Of a DNA stretch of 64,000 nucleotides, positions 57,757 to 64,000 are shown piece after piece. The stretch comes from Mantamonas sphyraenae STR306 (taxonomy: Eukaryota; Protista; CRuMs). The stretch lies in the NCBI GenBank assembly GCA_026936335.1, contig JAPMXV010000042.1:647096-711095 (forward strand), given 5' to 3'. The notes beneath the pieces were generated by a model, which was given only the letters and a program-made list of their open reading frames with translations, was not told the origin of the DNA and did no database searches. Both the position numbers and the translations under genes were made by a program. Position 1 is the stretch's first letter, and each line of letters opens with the position of its first letter.

Positions 57757-58276
57757 TTATGTAGATGATGATGTGGAGGAGGTCGTGGCGGATGAGAGAG
57801 TGTCTGCGTCTTGGAGCTGGCGTGCGCGGCGTTCGGCGCGGCGTTTGTAGTCTGATTTCCGGAGGTTCTGGCTTTGGACAACCTCAAACTGAAGGCGTGT
57901 GTGCGTGGGCATTGGGTGGAAGTGGAGGGCGTGAGTGGTGGGTGGTGGGGGAGGGGGATGGGGGAAAGGGAGTGGGGCGCGGGTGAACGGAAGGATCTGG
58001 ACGCAGGCGTGTCGGGAGAGCGGACGGGAGAAGCAGGGGAGAGGGGAGAGGGGAGAGGGAATCACGGGCTGGACGCAAGTTGGCGGAGGTTGAATGGGGT
58101 GCGGGGACAAGGAGGATGTGGCATACCTCTGCCTGGAGGCACTCGTCGAGCTGCTCGCGGACCTTGTTGCAGCTGCCAAAGAACTTGCCGATGGTGTGCT
58201 CCTGGTGACACTGCTTGAGAGCGCGTATGGCTTCCTTGCACTGCTTGTGCTTGTGCAGAGCAAGGGGAGGGTGCAT
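57757..58276 (-). CDS. CMC2: Twin CX9C mitochondrial COX assembly protein CMC2; 2 exons
   Basis: MHPPLALHKHKQCKEAIRALKQCHQEHTIGKFFGSCNKVREQLDECLQAE| then FEVV...*. Intron GTATGC...CAG. Confidence 0.92.
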
Positions 58277-58354
58277 GTTGGAAAAGTCTCGGGGGGGAGG
58301 TGAACGGAGACGAGGAGAGGCGCGCTGGAGGAGCAAGCGCAAGGATTGGTGCGA

Positions 58355-59885
58355 ATGAGCACTTTGTCAGACTCTTCGGACGAGGAGGCACGGGAGACAA
58401 GGGACGAGTTGCGAAGGCAAACGTATGGACGTGTGTCGAACAGCGTGAGCAACAGCCGGCGAAGGAGCGGCCTGGTGCGCGACTGGGATGTTGAAGGCGC
58501 TGATGAGGAGGAGCAGGAGGAGCGCAGTGAGGGAGAAGGGGGTGAACGTACAATGGAACTGCCGGAAGGCCTGGTGGTTGTGGAGGGCACGGACGCAGGC
58601 GCTAGTGGGAAGCGTGGGCGAGGTCAAAAGCCCAACGTAAACGTTTTCCATCAGGTGAGTTTTGTGGGAGTGGCAAGAGGGGGAGAAGGCGCGGCACTGA
58701 CAAACACACGGGGAACACGTTTAGGTGACGCTGCGTGTGGAGAGCGAGGAGAAGCCGAGGTTCAGATTCGACCGGCTTCAGCCGCAAGAGGCGGCGCTGC
58801 GGAAGGCGCCGGGCCTGCGGACCGACGCAGACATCCGGCAGCTGTTCTATCTGACGAGAACACTGGAGGAGTTTAAGAACATGAGCAGCGACGACGTGCG
58901 GCGTGGGGTGTGCCGTGTGATGGAGTACGAGTCGTACGAGCGAAACCAGGTTGTGTTTGAGCAAGGCGACGAGGCAAACGCGTTTTACATCGTGCTCAAG
59001 GGGAGCGTGGCTGTGAACCAGCGAGACTTTGGCACGCTGACGTCAATGACGGTGGCTACGAAGGAGGAAGGCCAAGGATTCGGCGAGACGGCGCTGTTGT
59101 CGGACACAACCAACAAGCGGAACGCGTCGATCATCTCGTTGCAAAAGACCGAGCTGCTGCGTGTGCCGCAGCAGGCGTACGACAAAATCCTGGTGCAGGA
59201 CCACAAGGAGAAGCTGCGCATCAAGCTGGAGTACGTGGCAAAGACGCCTGTGTTTGCAGGGCTGAGTGAGGAGACGATGCGGGAGGTGGCAAACGCGCTG
59301 AGCTCGCGCACGTACAGGGGCAACCAGGTGGTTGTGAAACAGGGCGACCGTGCGGAAGGGATGTATTTCCTGCGGCGGGGCCAGTGCAGAGTGCTGAAAA
59401 AGGTGGAGTTGCCCAAGGAGCGGCCGAAACCAAAGGGCATGACGCAGGTGGCGCTGGAGACGATGGACAAGCGCTCGCTGGCGCGGCAACAGGCGTATCG
59501 CGACAAAATCGACTCGATGAACACAACAGAGGCGCTGGTGGGGACATACAAGAACGGAAGGCGGTGCAAGCGGCGCAAGCGGATCGTGCTGGACATTGGG
59601 CGACTGCGGCAAGGAGACCATTTTGGGGAGCTGGCACTTCTGCAGAGCCACTCGACGGCACGCAGGCAGACGAGTGTGGTGGCCATCAACACGGTCAAGG
59701 TGTTCTTTTTGCCGTTGGTTTCGTACCAGCGGCTGAACGAGCAGAAGGTGATGCAGGAGAACATCTTGAGGTTTAGCAGGTGGAACTATCCAGGCGATCA
59801 GGAGTTGTTGGCGGCGTTTTTCGAGCGCAGGGACTGGGAGGCGTACAAAAATGAGATTGTGGGGGCGGGTGTTAAGGGAGGGTGA
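58355..59885 (+). CDS. Cyclic-nucleotide-binding domain protein (CNBD2-like, two cNMP domains); 2 exons
   Basis: VFEQGD..NAFYIVLKGSV...FGETALL...RNASI and VVKQGD..GMYFLRRGQC...GDHFGELALL...RQTSVVA. Intron 58655-58724. Confidence 0.85.
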
Positions 59886-59940
59886 TTGGGAGGGTGGGAG
59901 GGGAGGGTGAGTTGGAGGATGTGGGAATGAAAAGGGTGGT

Positions 59941-62900
59941 TCATTCGAGGCGTTGGCGTTTGGAGGAGGAGGAGGAGGAGGAGGAGGAGGAAGGGTCTTT
60001 GCGCTTGGGCAGGGTGAAGGAAGGGATGGGATAGGCGTTGACGAGTGCGATGGTGGTAGGGCGGGTGGCGATGTGGGGTGTGATGCGGTCGATGAGGGTG
60101 TGGAGGAGGGTGTGCAGTGTGGCGTCGTTGGGTTTGGGGTTGTCGAGCCAGGCGATCTTGAGGGAGAGGGAGGTGACACCGCGGGTGAGGGTGTGGCTGA
60201 TGGCAGTTTTGACATGCCTGTAGGTGAGATGTGGCCTGAGAAGGCGGACAAAGAAGACCAGGTCGACAGGTGGCACGCCAACGTTGCCCAGCGCAAGGAT
60301 GATGTGTCGCAGCAGGGACAGCACGCTGCCGTTGTTGATCAGCTCACGCAGTGCCTGGTGCTCGTGTGCGTGCTGATGGCGAGGGTGCTTGGCTGTGCGT
60401 GCCTTCATGTGTGCCATCAGCGTCTGGAACTCCCGCGCCGTGCAGCTGCAACGCTCGTCGGTCGCGTCACCCCGGGTCTTTCTCCAGCCGCTGCGCACAG
60501 ACTCCGGATGCCACTTGTCCACCTTGGTGGTGAGGTGGTGGTCGTAGTCGCATTGTGTCCAGTGTGGGTCGCTGTCGTTGTCAGCAGGGCGTCGTGCTTT
60601 CTGCAGCCACAGCTGGGTCTGCTCGTGCTGCTTCCAAGTGGTGGGATGGGGCCTGTTGCCAAGGGTGTCCATCTCTGTCATGAGCAGGTGAAGTACGGCG
60701 TAGTTGGGGTCGCCGTGGTCGTGTGGCTCCTTCAGCCAGCACACCTTCAACCCAGCCTTGGTCACACCGACGGCCAGACCAGCGTGGTCAATGATATGGC
60801 TGCACGCATGTTGACCCGTTTCATGGCCAAGAAGGGCGAGACAGAAGGCCATGTCGCCCTGGGAGAGGGGAAAGTTGCCCAGAGCGAGCTGAATCTGTCG
60901 AATCAGCGTGCGCAGGTTGCCATGGCAGACCACAACACGCGCCTGCAGGTTCATCAGGTCTGGGATGTTGTCGATGGGATGCTCGTTGGCCAGAGTGTGC
61001 ATGTGGTTCCGCAGTGCCGTGTGCTCCTTCTTGTTGCTGTGCATGCGCTCGTTCTTGCGCCAGTTTGTCCAGCCACTGCGCACAACGCCATCCGGCAGCC
61101 CATCCTTCACGGCCAACTTCTCCTCCTCTGTGGGCTCGGGAAGAACAAGCTCGGTGATGCAGAGGGAGTTGACGGCGTCGGTGGTGGTGGGACGGGTGGT
61201 GATGTGGGGTGTGATGCGGTCGATGAGAGTGTGGAGGAGGGTGTGCAATGTGGCGTCGCTGGGTTTGGGGTTGTCGAGCCAGGCGATCTTGAGGGAGAGG
61301 GAGGTGACGCCACGGGCGAGGGTGTTGGCGATGGCAGGGGAGAACTGCTGGTAGGTGGCTTGTGGCCTGAGGAGGCGGACAAAGAAGGCCAGGTCGACAG
61401 GCGGCACGCCAACATTGCCCAGCGCCAGGATGATGTGTCGCAGCAGGGATTTCAGGCTGCCGTTGTTGATCAGTTCACGCAGTGCATGGTGCTCGTGTGC
61501 ATGCTGATGGCGAGGGTGCTTGGCTGCGCGTGCCTTCATGTGTGCCAGCAGCGTCTGGAACTCCCGCGCCGTGCAGCTGCCACGCTCGTCGCTGGGAGAG
61601 GCACTGCTCCAGCCTCTGAGCACAGACTCTGGATGCCACTTCTCCACCTTGGTGGTGGTGAGATGGTGGTCGTAGTCACATTGTGTCCAGTGTGGGTCGC
61701 TGTCGTTGTCAGCAGGGCGTCGCTCTTCCTGCAGCCGCAGCCGAGTCTGCGCGTGCTCCTTCCAGGTGGTGGGATGAGGCCTGTTGCCGAGAGTGGCCAT
61801 CTCTGCCATGAGCAGGTGGAGGAGGGCGTAGTTGGGGTCGCCGTGGTCGTGTGGCTCCTCCAGCCAACACACCTTCAAACAAGCCTTTGTCACACCGATG
61901 GCCAGACCAGCGTCGCGGATGGCATGGATGCACATCTGTTGATCAACTTCACGGCCGAGAAGGGTGATGCAGAAGGCCATGTCGCCCTGGGAAAGGGGAA
62001 TGTTGCCCAGAGCGAGCTGAATCTGTCGGATCAGCGTGCTCAGGGTGCCATGGCAGACAACAACGCGCGCCTGCAGGGTCATGAGGTCGGGGATGTCGTC
62101 GACGGGATGCTCGTTGGCCAGAGTGTGCATGTGGTTCAGCAGTACCGTGTGTTCCTTCTTGTTGCGGTGGCTGCGCTCGTCACTGTGTCCCTTTGTCCAT
62201 CCTTTGCGCACAACACCGTCTGGCAACTTGTTGGTCTTGTTCACGCCTGCTTTCTTCCGTGCGCCGGTGTCTCCGTTCTTTGCGCTCCTTGCCCGTGTGC
62301 TCGACGTTCCTGTCTCTGTGCCGCTGCCAGCCGTGACAGGGCGCCTGCGCTGTCCGCTGCCTTTCATCGAGTGAGGCCCAGTACGTCGGCTGGTCTGGCC
62401 TCTGCGACGTTGTGTGGGGCCTCTACTTGTGTGTCTCGGCTGCCATTCGTGCGTGTCCTCCTGTTCCATGTCGTCTGCGTCGTCGTCGCTGTCATCTTGC
62501 GGCATGTACTCCTCATCCATGGTGTCACTGGTCTCTACAAAGCCGAGTGATCCCTGAATTTGCAACTCGTCATCCAGGTGCTGCTGGGTTGCGTCGTTTG
62601 CCTCGCCGTCTTCTTCGTACGCCTCCATCCATGAGCTGGTCATCCACTCTGGGTTGCTTGAGGTTGACCGTGGTTCACGGTGGCCAAAGTTCAGGAACAT
62701 CAGGTCCTCCACATCGCCGGTGTCATGTGTGTGTGTGTCCTGGTCTGCGTCGTCGTCGTCGCTGTCTCCAGTCTGCCGTGTGGCCTGGTGGGAGGAGGAC
62801 GACGATGTGGTGGTAGATGTGGTCCGTGTGATGCCGACAAAGGCAGGGCTGACGCGTTTGGGGACGCGGTTGTGGTTTGTGGTGGGTTGAGCAGGCGGAG

Positions 62901-63524
62901 GGTGCAACGGAGGCTGAGCGAAGTGCATCTGGGCGGTTTGTCGCCGCTGAGGAGGCGGCGGAGGAGGGTAGGCGTAGTATGGGTGACCCTGATGAGCATA
63001 TGCGTGGTGTTGCTGGGGATGGATGTTGACAGGGACCCAGATGATGGGTGGTTGTGGGTGCTGGTACGGGTTTTGTACGCCAGGGACGGGGAGCATGTTC
63101 GGAAACGGCTGGGCAGCCATGAGAGGGACCATGTACGCGTAGCTGTGGGGGAGACGGGGAGGGGCAGGGCGGAGTGGGACTGGTGAGCGGAAGGCGGCAT
63201 GGACGCCGTCAGGGCAGAAGCGGGGTGAAGGGAGGCTGGAACGAGCAAAGAGGGAAAACGGAGGAGATTGGCAGACGGAGAAACTGGCAACGGGGAGGGC
63301 AGTGACAGGGGAGAGGGGATCGGAGAAGAGCGGAGAAGGCAGCGACGGTGGAGATGGGGAAGTGGAGATGCAGGGGAGGAGTACAGGGAAGCGACGGAGG
63401 CATGGAGGAGGCAAGGAAGCGGGAGAAGCGGGCAGTCAGAAAACGGGATGGAAGGCAGAACGCACGGTGGATAGGTGTTGGGTGTGTGTTGTTGCTTCGG
63501 AGTGCTTGAGTAGTCTTTGTCCAT
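59941..63524 (-). CDS. Telomere-adjacent orphan: Pro/His/Gln-rich N-terminus, acidic/basic linker, four copies (ABAB) of an unrecognised ~150-aa domain
   Basis: Main exon open from ~63142 to 59941. An upstream exon MDKDYSS...YP splices in phase (GTGCGT...CACAG). A further exon ATG-TCG-CTG|GTGAGT at 63668 is possible. Amino-acid conservation between the duplicated halves supports coding. Confidence 0.75.
60050..62230. repeat. Intragenic tandem duplication, period ~1.13 kb
   Basis: For example gtggggtgtgatgcggtcgatgag at ~60073 and ~61204, and gggatgctcgttggccagagtgtgcatgtggttc at ~60976 and ~62104. Boundaries approximate. Confidence 0.92.
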
Positions 63525-63802
63525 AGTGGTGGTGGTGATACTGGAGTGTAGGTGGATTATGTTGGACTGGTGGAGGTTGTTGTCGGTGTTGGTGATATTT
63601 TGGTTGAAGGCGGATGGGCAGTGTTGACTGCGCGGCGTTGCAGGACGACGGCCACTCACCAGCGACATTTCCACGCCCACCCAATGCCCACTGCCCCATG
63701 TCACCACCCAACTCAGCCACCCCGCCAGCAGACACAAGCACAACTCACATGACATAGACCGAACCCATCACCAATAACATACCACATGACCAAATCCAAG
63801 AG

Positions 63803-63997
63803 TAAAGGGTTAGGATTTAAGGTTAGGGTTAGGGTTAGGGTTAGGGTTAGGGTTAGAGTTAGGGTTAGGGTTAGGGTTAGGGTTAGGGTTAGGGTTAGGG
63901 TTAGGGTTAGGGTTAGGGTTAGGGTTAGGGTTAGGGTTAGGGTTAGGGTTAGGGTTAGGGTTAGGTTAGGGTTAGGGTTAGGGTTAGGGTTAGGGTT
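63803..63997 (+). repeat. Telomeric (TTAGGG)n array with proximal variant repeats
   Basis: About 30 TTAGGG units with the G-rich strand running toward the end. Variants include TAAAGGG, TTAGGA, TTAGAG and TTAGG. Confidence 0.99.
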
Positions 63998-64000
63998 CTC

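Noticed and set aside
45561-62550. Long antisense/alternate-frame ORFs (e.g. 45561-47114, 47379-49289, 59953-62550; also 18034-20088, 38239-39732)
   Set aside because: These are shadows of real opposite-strand genes. High GC and strand skew deplete stop codons, and they contain no motifs.
63998-64000. Non-telomeric terminal bases CTC
   Set aside because: Only three bases, most likely a read-end or adapter artefact; no evidence the array is interstitial.

Overview
This is the right-hand end of a chromosome from a compact, GC-rich eukaryotic genome. It is probably a free-living flagellate, an inference from the CCDC81-, CFAP157- and RJL-type genes. It is not prokaryotic: genes carry GT-AG introns, mostly ~80-200 nt, many with CTRAC-type branch points, and the window ends in a (TTAGGG)n telomere. 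I reconstruct 28 protein-coding genes packed with very short spacers (mostly ~35-250 bp), mostly in head-to-head and tail-to-tail pairs. In order: CCDC81-like (3'-truncated), USP2-like deubiquitinase, a sugar-1-phosphate nucleotidyltransferase/GHMP-kinase fusion, GDP-mannose 3',5'-epimerase (GME), RJL GTPase, POLD1, Eco1/ESCO, AlaRS, a bacterial-like membrane protein, NDR kinase, RPL37 copy A, an orphan, CFAP157-like, PARG, PH-INPP5, RPL37 copy B, UFSP2, RIT1, HEATR3, TAF1, a large UBR/ARM/FYVE/2xPH protein, a HAD-Nudix fusion, SCAI, MBF1, a small membrane protein, CMC2, a cNMP-binding protein, and a telomere-adjacent orphan with four copies of an unrecognised domain. Most notable: (1) GME shares a ~110-bp bidirectional promoter with a divergent kinase/pyrophosphorylase fusion, and a HAD-Nudix fusion lies further along the arm, together a candidate GDP-L-galactose/L-galactose module; (2) ~1.2-kb inverted repeats, each holding a full RPL37 gene, flank an ~8-kb four-gene segment that could invert; (3) AATGAA recurs at or just after stop codons, a probable poly(A) signal fused to the stop; (4) strand-composition domains independent of gene direction, extreme near the telomere; (5) an apparent frameshift in AlaRS; (6) the subtelomeric orphan. 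All family assignments come from motif recognition by eye; no searches were run.
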